In this document: one piece after another, positions 42,485-51,619 of the stretch
Layout of the letters: each line of letters starts with the position of its first letter
How positions within the stretch are numbered: position 1 is the first letter of the stretch
Virus record (IMG/VR): IMGVR_UViG_3300019458_000002
Coordinates: 1-64,000 of that record
From: a virus
Length of the DNA: 64,000 nt
Strand: one strand, 5' to 3'
Translations under genes and position numbers: made by a program
The notes under the pieces: model-generated
Database searches by the model: none
Seen by the model: only the letters and a program-made list of their open reading frames with translations
What the model was told of the DNA's origin: nothing

Positions 42485-44952
42485 TATGGTTCTCCGTCCG
42501 CATCTACTGGAATTAGCTCCATCTGAGAAAGATTGATAAGGGCATAGTCTCTTCCCTGGTGACTTACGACCTTTTGAGCGAACCCAAGTCTAAGCTTTTG
42601 ATTGGTTCCTGATAATGTAGGAATCGTATTCATTGCCTGACCAGCATTGACTGTAGACAAATACATCATGTCGCCCTTTGTAGCTAAGGTATCGGTCACA
42701 ATCCAGCATGCTCCAGACCCTACAGCTGGAATTAAGTCTCCATTTATTTGAGTTGTAAGACAAACTCCTACAATTCCAGCGGCATTTGCATAGCTATCTG
42801 CTTGAGCAGGAATTGTCATGTTATTGTCGTCAATGGGAAAGCCAGTAATAGTTGTGGATAGCCTTATTAAGGAAAACAGCAATGGAACCGTAATAGTAGA
42901 ATCATTTCTATAGAAAGATGGGGTTTCCAAAGAAACTCCCCATAGATTTTCTGAAAGAAAAAATCCGGTACTCGCAATTTCAGAGCCTGTACTTGTTTGA
43001 TAAATTAGCAAACCATTTGGGTCTCTAAATGCAGCTAAATCAAAGTCAGTAGAATAGTGTTGATATCCCGTGCTTCCGTCGATTACAGTTCCAGAATTTT
43101 TTTGTTCAATCCAAATTTCTGCATCGGCACCGCCATTAGGTGCCTGAAATTCGACTGTCTTATTTCTGAAGTTAATGACTCCAGCCCCACCTCTTTGAAT
43201 TCTTAATCCAACTAGGGGGCTGTTTCTTTGGTCTCCAATCATTTCTAACATCATGGTGCTACCTAAGCCCGCAATGGTTATTGCCGACCTAAAGCTTCCA
43301 CCATTTTCAAACTGTACATTGGCCACGTATCCATGACTAGTTGTCCAAATGACAGAATCAGATGTATTAGCTCTAACGATTCTTATTGGTTTTCTCGTTG
43401 CAGTATCTGGAGATGACCCAATATTTGGAGATTTCGTTTGTTGAGCAGCTAATCCCTCGGATGTTCCTGCAGTTCCACAGCTGTTAATATTTAATCCAGC
43501 ACCAATGTAGCCAGGGCCAATAATTGCGTAGCTTATAAGTCTATTTAAAGCTACTAATCCCCCGGTATTGTAAAAGCTGCTTAAACTAGTAAATAAACAA
43601 TCTGAAACAGTTGTCCCGCTGCTAGACCTAAAACCTATACCTGTTGTTCTAGAGACTCCAGAAATACCCTGATATGAATTTAAAGCTCTTATAGACCCTA
43701 TGTGGTTTATGGTAAATGAAGTGCCTTCACAAAAAGAAAAGAACAATCCTATTGGAGCATCTGTAGCAGTAACAGCCCCTAAAGAGCGAATGCCCGCAAT
43801 TATTAGTGAATTATTATTTGTGTTATGTAGAGTGGATGCCTCTCCTGTACCTACGGTAACGCTGGTAAAGGCAACTCCTGGTTCCTCTATATACCAGATA
43901 TCAGCGGGGTCAATAGCTGCTGGGTCCAAATCCAAAACTATGGTATTTGTACTATTGGCCAAAATGGTTCTAGTAAGGTTCCTGTTTGCAACAGTTGTAG
44001 TTGCTGAATCACCTCGTACACGCTTTCCCAATAATGCTACTTCTGCAGTCAATACTGGAGCAGAATCATCAGCTTTAACAACTTTTATTCTTTCTATATT
44101 ACCGCCCACTGTCCAGGGTCTAAAGGTAGCTGCATTGGACCTTGTTAATGTAAAATGAGTAGCATCATTTATAGATTGAATAGTCCATACTTGCCTAATA
44201 TGAGATAGACCACCATCAAACCCATCTTCGGTACCTGAAATAAATATTTTTTCACCAGCCACAAATGTCTGAGAGCCATCATGCTCTATTTCTACTGGAT
44301 TCGTATTTGTCGCTCCTAAGACCGGAGTAGAGATTTTGGTAAATTTATAACCAGCAGTATTTGTACCGGCAGCTACTATGCCTCCTGCTGCTATTTCATC
44401 ATTAGCATCACCCGCAAATGCAGTGCAGCTTGCTGTAGCAATGGTATCGGTTCCTCGAATTATGTGTCTTGCATATCCAAAGCGCCCAGTGATATCTAGA
44501 GATTCTCCGTAGCTTGCACCAGCCGCTCGTGTTCTAACTGCCACTTCAAACTGTTTATTGTTACCAAAGGTTGGAAGAATGGCTAGAAAGCCCAACCAAG
44601 TCTTTTTCGCTACGGCTCCAGCTAAAGCAAGAGAAGTGTCAGAAAATCCTGCATTTGCATCATTTCCATTGTCAAAGTCTACAGCAAAGAATCGCGTAGT
44701 TGCCCAGGTTGCTACCGATGAGCCCCCGCCTCCCGTAAACTCAGTCCAAGTATTTGGAAGTGCAGTCAGTTGCCAAAGCTTGTTGTCAGTCTGTGTGACC
44801 GCGAACATGCCAACCTTTTTACGGGATGTAATAATGGCATCGCGTGCAGTTACGTCAGCAACTACATGTAGGCCGCCCTTATTGTCCGTATCCTCTGTAA
44901 AAGGAAAGGGTCCACCTGGTCTGAATGTTCCACCGACGAAAATATCAGCCAT
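42484..44952 (-). CDS. Receptor-binding tail fibre/spike, paralog C (extra N-terminal extension of about 85 aa)
   Basis: 822 aa. RFFAVDFDNGNDANAGFSDTSLALAGAVAKKTWLGFLAILP. C-terminal GDMMYLSTVNAGQAM...SGTNQKLRLG. Confidence 0.65.
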   Translation of the reverse strand: MADIFVGGTFRPGGPFPFTEDTDNKGGLHVVADVTARDAIITSRKKVGMFAVTQTDNKLWQLTALPNTWTEFTGGGGSSVATWATTRFFAVDFDNGNDANAGFSDTSLALAGAVAKKTWLGFLAILPTFGNNKQFEVAVRTRAAGASYGESLDITGRFGYARHIIRGTDTIATASCTAFAGDANDEIAAGGIVAAGTNTAGYKFTKISTPVLGATNTNPVEIEHDGSQTFVAGEKIFISGTEDGFDGGLSHIRQVWTIQSINDATHFTLTRSNAATFRPWTVGGNIERIKVVKADDSAPVLTAEVALLGKRVRGDSATTTVANRNLTRTILANSTNTIVLDLDPAAIDPADIWYIEEPGVAFTSVTVGTGEASTLHNTNNNSLIIAGIRSLGAVTATDAPIGLFFSFCEGTSFTINHIGSIRALNSYQGISGVSRTTGIGFRSSSGTTVSDCLFTSLSSFYNTGGLVALNRLISYAIIGPGYIGAGLNINSCGTAGTSEGLAAQQTKSPNIGSSPDTATRKPIRIVRANTSDSVIWTTSHGYVANVQFENGGSFRSAITIAGLGSTMMLEMIGDQRNSPLVGLRIQRGGAGVINFRNKTVEFQAPNGGADAEIWIEQKNSGTVIDGSTGYQHYSTDFDLAAFRDPNGLLIYQTSTGSEIASTGFFLSENLWGVSLETPSFYRNDSTITVPLLFSLIRLSTTITGFPIDDNNMTIPAQADSYANAAGIVGVCLTTQINGDLIPAVGSGACWIVTDTLATKGDMMYLSTVNAGQAMNTIPTLSGTNQKLRLGFAQKVVSHQGRDYALINLSQMELIPVDADGEP

Positions 44953-45929
44953 TAGGTCACTGTCAGCGTGAACGCCGCCGTAATAAAGTTGTCAGACTCA
45001 AGCACTGTGTAACCTCCTGCTACAAGCACCGCAAACGCATTTGTAACTGCTACTCCCGTCGCGACTGCAGTCATAGGGAAATCGAAGCCGTTCTGGTCCT
45101 TAATGCTGGCAGGGGAACCAAAGGCAGTCGGATAGCAAATATAGATTTTGGTAGTGGGTGTACCAGCCGCAAATACATAGACTCCACCTCTTCCAGACTG
45201 AAGACGACTTGAAACTAGGCCTTCAATGAAGGCTTCATCGTATGCACCTGGAACAGTTGTGATTCCGTAGAAAACTCGTGGCTGCCATTGGTCAACTATT
45301 GCAGCAGTTTTAATTGGTCCAGAAGGAGACTTCTTGGCACTCAATGTATGTGTAACAGTTCCATTAATTGTGGAGCTAACATATGAACGGGCAGGAAGGC
45401 CTGAACCATTGAAGTTGTTGTAGCCAAAGGAAGTGCTGGCGGCAAGATTGATTGGGTCAGTATTGGTTCCGTCCAATAGATTGAGCGGAGTAGTTAAGGT
45501 TGCGTTATAGCTGGCTGTATATCGTGGGTCTACAATAGAGTCCCCAAGCTCCTTAGGAGAAGAGTAACCGCTACGTGCAAAAGATGTGATTGCAAAGGCA
45601 GGGTCAATGTCGTCCTGAGTTAATCTGCGATTTACCAAGCTACCTAGTCCTGTGTCTACAGGAACTGCACCGTCTGTTGCAGTAAGCATGGGCACAACAC
45701 CAGAATTAGCATTAGAGGCTGGGTCTGCATCTATTGAAACTATTCCAATGCCAGTTGGAGGGCTGACGGTCGTATTAGTTCCATCAATTACCTGGTCTAC
45801 TGCTCCTCCACCACCTCCACCTGTAGAGTTAACCTCCACCTCACCACGCCCAGTAGCGGGGTTCAGAATAATATTTAGGCCCGCAAGTAGTCTTGTGACG
45901 CCCTTGCGGAAGAAGCTACTGGTAATCAT
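44952..45929 (-). CDS. Fibre-like structural protein
   Basis: 325 aa. Poly-Gly (STGGGGGGAV), Thr/Ser/Asn-rich. TAATG-type overlap with paralog C. Confidence 0.55.
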   Translation of the reverse strand: MITSSFFRKGVTRLLAGLNIILNPATGRGEVEVNSTGGGGGGAVDQVIDGTNTTVSPPTGIGIVSIDADPASNANSGVVPMLTATDGAVPVDTGLGSLVNRRLTQDDIDPAFAITSFARSGYSSPKELGDSIVDPRYTASYNATLTTPLNLLDGTNTDPINLAASTSFGYNNFNGSGLPARSYVSSTINGTVTHTLSAKKSPSGPIKTAAIVDQWQPRVFYGITTVPGAYDEAFIEGLVSSRLQSGRGGVYVFAAGTPTTKIYICYPTAFGSPASIKDQNGFDFPMTAVATGVAVTNAFAVLVAGGYTVLESDNFITAAFTLTVT

Positions 45930-45976
45930 ATCTCTACACCAAGATTGGTGTTGTTGCCGATACGAATCTTCTGAAT

Positions 45977-46282
45977 ATGGAACCAGAAGAACAGATACTC
46001 TTCATCAAGAAAGTCTTCGGATGTATGCTTAATGACAATGCAAACAAGCTGAAGAATGGGTTGGCTAGACGCGAGGAAATTAGGAAGAAGCTTGAGGCTG
46101 GAGAATCAGTCGTCAATTATCGCACTGCCTGGATAAGAGACAGCGCAAGTAAAATTATTGACGTATTGAAGCAGTCTGCGATTGAATTCAATGCCAAACA
46201 CGAGGATGACAAGGTTAGCGCCCTAGACCTTGTTGACGTAGTGGCTACAGTCAATGGCCTATTAAAAGGCACAATAAAATAA
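45977..46282 (+). CDS. Hypothetical protein encoded opposite to the late block
   Basis: The 101-aa ORF exactly fills the 354-nt gap between two leftward structural genes. No clear promoter or SD site seen. Confidence 0.4.
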   Translation: MEPEEQILFIKKVFGCMLNDNANKLKNGLARREEIRKKLEAGESVVNYRTAWIRDSASKIIDVLKQSAIEFNAKHEDDKVSALDLVDVVATVNGLLKGTIK

Positions 46283-46283
46283 A

Positions 46284-47132
46284 TTACCCGATTATCGCGT
46301 CAATTTTATCCATTAGACGCGGTGCAATTTTTTCTTCAATCTGTTCTTGAGCCCATTTAACAGAATCTGCAAGGATATTCGTACCTTCGATGCCGGGATG
46401 CTGCCAGCGGTCTTGTCCCCGGTGCTTAGAAGAGGCAATTCTGAAGGTCATGATTGACTTTTGAACTTTCCCGCCCTTCTCTTTCTGATATACACCTACA
46501 CCCTGTAGAAATGGCGTGCCGCCACCTCCTGGGCCTCCACCAGCTGCCTGGCGTGCATTAGGCCCCTGTCGGACATCTCCAATGGGTCCTCTGCCCTGGC
46601 CAGGGCCATGATGGGACTTGATGGGCGCATTCATTACATCGAAGCTATGGAGCTTGCCTAGCTTGGGTTTGCCGTTTTCATCCTTCTCAATTTTTGCCCA
46701 AGGTATATTCTTTTTCTTCATCTCGGTTTTGAGAGTAGAGATGAGGTCTTGTTGGGCCTGAGTCGTGCTTCCTTTGCCCTTGCCTGGTCCATGATGGAAG
46801 GGTATGGTTACATAGGTTGAGCCATCGGCAGCTGTCTTGGCTTTTGGTGAGGAAAGTAGGTCGTCGAGCATGTTGTGCTCAGGCATACCATCTTCTATCC
46901 AGCCTACTGATGCATCTAAGTGCAATACCCAGACTCCATCTTCCTCATAAGTAGACAGGCCATCAATAAACATTTGCCGCCTAGAATGTAGGCGTTCGCT
47001 GGCAAGCTCTACGGCTTTGCCATAGGTCATTTGAGCTAGGTCTCTGTTTACTTGCTTAGCAGCATCATTCAGAGTCTTCTCAAGCTCCTTCAGAAAGTTC
47101 AGGTCTGAAGTATCGACATTAACTAGGAACAC
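46284..47132 (-). CDS. Virion-morphogenesis-region protein
   Basis: 282 aa. Gly-rich central part (HHGPGKGKG, HHGPGQGRGP, GGGPGGGG). Confidence 0.55.
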   Translation of the reverse strand: MFLVNVDTSDLNFLKELEKTLNDAAKQVNRDLAQMTYGKAVELASERLHSRRQMFIDGLSTYEEDGVWVLHLDASVGWIEDGMPEHNMLDDLLSSPKAKTAADGSTYVTIPFHHGPGKGKGSTTQAQQDLISTLKTEMKKKNIPWAKIEKDENGKPKLGKLHSFDVMNAPIKSHHGPGQGRGPIGDVRQGPNARQAAGGGPGGGGTPFLQGVGVYQKEKGGKVQKSIMTFRIASSKHRGQDRWQHPGIEGTNILADSVKWAQEQIEEKIAPRLMDKIDAIIG

Positions 47133-47735
47133 TTATTTCATGCCGAACTTTACTTCGGTCATCTTTTTGTGATGGTCATCGACATAGTTTGCGCCATTAA
47201 GGGCTACGTGGCTGAATTCATGCTCAATCAGAGCTTCTACACGCGACCACGGGTCTGATTTGCGCCAAGTCACTGTCACCATTTGTCCCTGTGTAAGACC
47301 AACGGCTTTCTGGGTAGACCAGCCTGTAGTTGAGGGAGCCTGATATTCTACGAATTCTGCATCGACAAAGGTTAGCGAGCTTCCTTCAAAATACTTCTTA
47401 ATGTCATCTGCTTTATCTGGAAACTTAGCAATCCAAAATCCCCTAGTTCTAGCAATTGCATCGCAGATGTCACCATTGTGTTCGCCATGACCTCCGTCCA
47501 TAACCATGACGCCTTCAATGGTTGTAAAGGAAATCTTGCTGGCCCACTTCCATCGTAGATAAAATAGGATTCCAGCAATAGCGGCCATGCAAAGAGGAAC
47601 TACCACAAGTAATGCAGATGCAATAAATGGAAGTGCTGCATTGAAAGTAAAGGCCTTGATAGAAGCTAGAGTTGTAGCCAATACCATGCCCCCGTAAATT
47701 GCTAATCTATCCCATGTAAATACTTTGAATCTCAT
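47133..47735 (-). CDS. Membrane-anchored HExxH metallopeptidase-like protein
   Basis: 200 aa with three N-terminal hydrophobic segments. Motif LIEHEFSHVAL. Resembles 17722..18183. Confidence 0.55.
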   Translation of the reverse strand: MRFKVFTWDRLAIYGGMVLATTLASIKAFTFNAALPFIASALLVVVPLCMAAIAGILFYLRWKWASKISFTTIEGVMVMDGGHGEHNGDICDAIARTRGFWIAKFPDKADDIKKYFEGSSLTFVDAEFVEYQAPSTTGWSTQKAVGLTQGQMVTVTWRKSDPWSRVEALIEHEFSHVALNGANYVDDHHKKMTEVKFGMK

Positions 47736-48397
47736 TATCGTGCCTCCTCGTCTATGTACCTAAAAGTATGGCCCTTGCACCTTCGCAACAGACCCCATAA
47801 AACCTTGCTAAGGTGTGAAGAGTCTACACCCAATTTTTCTTGAGCTTCCCCTAGGCACCCATAAACATGCCCAGATTCATCTACAAACGGTCTCCCTCCC
47901 ATAATTGCAGACCGTTCCCTTCTGGATTCGGGTTTTCTTATGGATTTTTTGAATTTTTCTTTTTGTGCTTCAGAAGCAACAAATCCTCTATGGGACTTGG
48001 AGGACTTCAATTTGGATTCTTCTGTCCAAATTCGTCCTTTATTAGCAGCACCTATTTTTGCCTTACCTGATTCGGTATGTTTATATCCAAGCATTCCTTC
48101 ACCGCCGTTCGTTCCATTTGTAATTCTATGTCCCAGAATTTTATATAGACGTATATAGTAAATCTCAGCTTCATTTAAAGAATTTTCTTCTTCAAATCCA
48201 TTTTCAATAACCTCAATCGCTGGAGACAATCCCAAACTCTTAAGTTTCTTAATCCAGTTATTTTTGAGTGTATTGGGCTTAAGATTAGAATTTTGAAGGT
48301 GTTTTAATAGCCTGTTTTTGGGCGTTAATACCATGCTTTTGCCAACATATTTTATATGAGCATTTCTTGGGTCAACTAAACAATAAACAAATCCCAT
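47735..48397 (-). CDS. GIY-YIG homing endonuclease (free-standing)
   Basis: 220 aa. GFVYCLVD...IKYVGKS, and NUMOD-like GYKHTESGKAKIGAANKGR / SKSHRGFVASEAQKEK. Confidence 0.7.
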   Translation of the reverse strand: MGFVYCLVDPRNAHIKYVGKSMVLTPKNRLLKHLQNSNLKPNTLKNNWIKKLKSLGLSPAIEVIENGFEEENSLNEAEIYYIRLYKILGHRITNGTNGGEGMLGYKHTESGKAKIGAANKGRIWTEESKLKSSKSHRGFVASEAQKEKFKKSIRKPESRRERSAIMGGRPFVDESGHVYGCLGEAQEKLGVDSSHLSKVLWGLLRRCKGHTFRYIDEEAR

Positions 48398-50644
48398 TTA
48401 CCTGGCCCCTGGCTCTCTTGAGGATGTTGCGTGTATGGCAGGGTCTTGGCTCAAGATTTTACCGGCTCTCATTTGCTTAAATGACGAACTACCATCAATA
48501 TGCGCAACTTTAATTTTCCCATTTAATTCTGTTCCTACTGGCAGATTGAGGTTGCGGTGTGCAGACTTTGTTTCTTTTTCTAGTACTCCAGGAGGCTTGG
48601 CATCAGGATTTTCTGATGGGTCTAGCTCTGAATGACCCTCCATCTCAGCCTTGAGCGTGTATCTGTACGCACCAAAGGCCTCATCAAATGAACGTGGGTC
48701 ATTATCGTCATCAAGGCCTCCTCCTGGAGCAGGCTCCTGAGCTTCAGCCACGTATTCCATGCCATGCTTAGCCGCAAGCTTTGAATGAACTTTGTGGGCT
48801 AGTGTTGAATGGTCATCTCCCTGGACCTCGTTAGCATGATGCTTATTCTTGGCATGAGCCATGAGAGCTTCATATGCAGCTAACCCAAGGCCCTTGCCTC
48901 TGTGTTCAGGGTCTAATTGAGAAAAAGTTGTATGTAAGTACTTGCCATCGTTGTCGCTATGGACTCTACCCGATACATAACCAATATCATTGTCTTGAGA
49001 TGGCTTCTCTCCATTTGGAGTATGGTGGAGTCTGGCTCGTAAAATATTGGTTGCACCCATATGGGTGTCATGAAGTACCATTTTGTATTTTTTCTTATCA
49101 GGAAGAACGTGGGAATAGTCGTACATTGCCTTTGGGTTTCCGCCAGCAGAACGAGCACCAGATACCTTCAAACCAATTGGAATATCCTTGAGCGCCATCT
49201 TCACAAGCTCAGACTTCAACTGGTAGTTATAGGGACTGTAAGCACTATCAAAATCCTTCTGAGGCCCAAAATGCTCTCGTGCAGCCTGATACTGCATACC
49301 GTGTTTTTGTGCAAGTTTCTCATGGACGGCATGTGCAGCAGTCGAATGTCTACCGCCTTCAACCGTAGTAGCTTCTAAGAAATTTTTACCATGAGCAAAC
49401 AATGCCTCATACATGGCTGTACCAAGACCCTTACCTCGGTACTCTGGGTCCATCTCACTCATACCAGGGCTAATACTACGATTTTCCTTGCGGTAGTCTC
49501 CTGAAATATGGCCTACTTCAGCTTTACCATGATGAACTGTTGCAAATACATGTCCTCCAAAATCATTGGTAACATCGTCGTGCGCAATATAGACTTTGTA
49601 GCCCTTGTTCTTCAGTTCCTTAGGAAGCACATGAGAATAATCAAAGTGCTCTGTTCCTTCTGGAGAACGCACACGCTTTCCAATAGGTATATCACTTACA
49701 GCCATCTTCTCAAATGGCTCTTCGGACTTACTGACTTTTGGGTTTGTGTCTTCGCTGCCTCCATCATTCCCAGGCACACGGGCTGTGCTAGCCGATAATT
49801 CACGGGCCATAGCAATGACACCTTGTACAAGCCGCATAATGGAACCATAGGTATCTGGGGCAGTCTGTTTAATTTGAGCTAATATGGGGGCTTGCTGCTT
49901 TACGGATTGTAGAATTTGGGCTACTTGGTTGCGAAGGTCATCATGGTTTTTAGCTTTGTTACTTTGCTCATCCATGTCCTGCTTACCTTGAGCCTGAGCA
50001 AGCTTATGAAAGTGCTTCTCAGCATCAGCTTCAGCGTGAGTCATCTCAGGTTGTGGAGGAGGCCGGTTTTCATCAATCATCTGATACAGGCTCTGGGCCT
50101 CAGAATGTTCACCGCTCATCTTGGGCTGTTGCTTACTGGGCTCTGAACGATATGCGCCCTTACCTAAATACTCGGACACAATTTTCTTCTGACTGGGTTC
50201 AGGGTTCTGCTTAGCAGACTCAATTTCTTTGTCAAATTCAGGGGACCAGAAAATAATGCGGTCTTTACCACGAAGCTTAGCAACAAGCAAGGCTTTTGCG
50301 CTTTCAGACAATTTTAGGCCCACACCTACAGAAACTGTAGCGCCTACAGCCGTTGCATACTGCTCTCTGAACTTAGGAATTTGGTCAATTGCGGAAGCAG
50401 GTATTTCTAGCCGCACCTCATCACCACCGGCCTCGATGACCGACCCCCCACAATTCTCTGCAAAGCTCTTCCAGATTTCATTTCCTCGGTTTATGTCCTG
50501 GTTAATCTTACGGATTTTCTCTACATCGTCTTCCAAAGTAGCTAGTCCTACTACTCTTCCAATGTCATCACCATCGATTGAGACAAACAAATTCATAGCT
50601 CTAAGATTGTGTTGACCGCCTGTAGGTTTTTTTGCTATATTCAC
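48398..50644 (-). CDS. Multidomain protein: N-terminal mCpol/GGDEF-like palm domain + two GNAT acetyltransferase-like domains
   Basis: 748 aa. FVSIDGDDIGRVV ... GGSVIEAGGDEVRLEI ... VSVGVGL ... AKLRGKDRI, then a duplicated module with YRGKGLGTAMYEAL and HRGKGLGLAAYEAL. Confidence 0.55.
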   Translation of the reverse strand: MNIAKKPTGGQHNLRAMNLFVSIDGDDIGRVVGLATLEDDVEKIRKINQDINRGNEIWKSFAENCGGSVIEAGGDEVRLEIPASAIDQIPKFREQYATAVGATVSVGVGLKLSESAKALLVAKLRGKDRIIFWSPEFDKEIESAKQNPEPSQKKIVSEYLGKGAYRSEPSKQQPKMSGEHSEAQSLYQMIDENRPPPQPEMTHAEADAEKHFHKLAQAQGKQDMDEQSNKAKNHDDLRNQVAQILQSVKQQAPILAQIKQTAPDTYGSIMRLVQGVIAMARELSASTARVPGNDGGSEDTNPKVSKSEEPFEKMAVSDIPIGKRVRSPEGTEHFDYSHVLPKELKNKGYKVYIAHDDVTNDFGGHVFATVHHGKAEVGHISGDYRKENRSISPGMSEMDPEYRGKGLGTAMYEALFAHGKNFLEATTVEGGRHSTAAHAVHEKLAQKHGMQYQAAREHFGPQKDFDSAYSPYNYQLKSELVKMALKDIPIGLKVSGARSAGGNPKAMYDYSHVLPDKKKYKMVLHDTHMGATNILRARLHHTPNGEKPSQDNDIGYVSGRVHSDNDGKYLHTTFSQLDPEHRGKGLGLAAYEALMAHAKNKHHANEVQGDDHSTLAHKVHSKLAAKHGMEYVAEAQEPAPGGGLDDDNDPRSFDEAFGAYRYTLKAEMEGHSELDPSENPDAKPPGVLEKETKSAHRNLNLPVGTELNGKIKVAHIDGSSSFKQMRAGKILSQDPAIHATSSREPGAR

Positions 50645-50647
50645 AGC

Positions 50648-51163
50648 ATGGCTATTCCATCAAATTTCCTTACCAAAGGACCAATTGCTCCTAAGCCCAT
50701 TGAAGCCAAACCTCTTGCCGCTCAGGAGTTTGCGGAAAAATATCCGGGGCAATGGGTCAAGCTGGATATTTACAAAAACCGCGATATTTCAATGGGCAAA
50801 ATTCCAGATGAACTGGAGTTGACAATTCATGGCATTGGCAGGGCTTTTGTTCTTGGATACTACACTCAAGTGAGTGGTAGTCAAATGGTGGTTGTTCATG
50901 TTGACCCCAGCCAAGGTTGGCGTTGGAAGGATGTGCCCACGGAAATTAAGCGAAGTATCTGGATGGTTGTTCCAATGATTGAAGAAGAACTAACTATTAT
51001 GGCAATTTCCCCAACTATCCTGATTGCTCCTACGCCTCCCGTGGATATCAGAATCCAATTCCCTCACGACTGCTATTGTGGAAGCCCTTGCTTCAAGATG
51101 TACTCGTCCGTGGAATGCTCTAATGCATCATGTCGACATTACACAAAAATTGGCAATTGTTAG
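50648..51163 (+). CDS. Hypothetical protein with Cys-rich C-terminus
   Basis: I prefer ATG 50648 (MAIPSNFL...); the track start is GTG 50609. C-terminal HDCYCGSPC...CSNASCRH. Confidence 0.5.
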   Translation: MAIPSNFLTKGPIAPKPIEAKPLAAQEFAEKYPGQWVKLDIYKNRDISMGKIPDELELTIHGIGRAFVLGYYTQVSGSQMVVVHVDPSQGWRWKDVPTEIKRSIWMVVPMIEEELTIMAISPTILIAPTPPVDIRIQFPHDCYCGSPCFKMYSSVECSNASCRHYTKIGNC

Positions 51164-51192
51164 TTGACAAAGAACTCATTATAAGGTAGTCT
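51164..51192 (+). promoter_or_regulatory. Possible sigma70-like promoter
   Basis: TTGACA (51164-51169), 17-nt spacer, TAGTCT (51187-51192). The -10 element is weak. Confidence 0.35.
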
Positions 51193-51237
51193 ATAAACAG
51201 GTAGCAATAACGCTACTCAAACAAAAAGGAAAAACAC

Positions 51238-51402
51238 ATGCGAGACCGAATTGTGAATGCACTGCGAAACGTGATGCCCGTTGACGAAATTGAGGCCTAC
51301 AAGAATGGCCGTCCTGCCACCGCTGGCCTCGTGAAGCTGGTGCTGGTTTCTACCGTTGTCGACGTCCTGGTTGGCGTTGTCATCGGCGCCCTGGTGTTCT
51401 AA
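51238..51402 (+). CDS. 54-aa tail-anchored membrane peptide (not in the ORF track, below its size cut-off)
   Basis: AAAAGGAAAAACAC precedes the ATG. MRDRIVNALRNVMPVDEIEAYKNGRPATAGLVKLVLVSTVVDVLVGVVIGALVF. About 56% G+C by hand count, against 19/60 in the upstream 60 nt. Confidence 0.45.
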   Translation: MRDRIVNALRNVMPVDEIEAYKNGRPATAGLVKLVLVSTVVDVLVGVVIGALVF

Positions 51403-51619
51403 TAATTTGTGGCCGTGTACAAGAACGGCTGGTAAGTGCAGCTAAGAGAATAGACGTAGCCGGGAACCTCAAAGCTGCCGCCACAAGCGACTCTGTCCGC
51501 AGTTGTACAGAAATTGACACAAGGCCGATAAGTAGTGGTTATCCCACTTACACCGTCTTATATAACCCAATGCCACCCGGTCATTGGTGTCGAAACTGGG
51601 TACCTTTAGAAAGGAAGAC

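Noticed and set aside
39298-44971. Plus-strand ORFs within the three fibre paralogs (39298..39642, 41094..41525, 41565..41885, 43700..44158, 44558..44971)
   Set aside because: They are antisense to long, mutually homologous minus-strand genes and have no independent support.
23381-50644. Search for major capsid protein, portal, terminase and prohead protease in the structural block
   Set aside because: No ORF showed motifs I could recognise for these (no terminase Walker A/nuclease pattern, for example). They probably lie outside the window.
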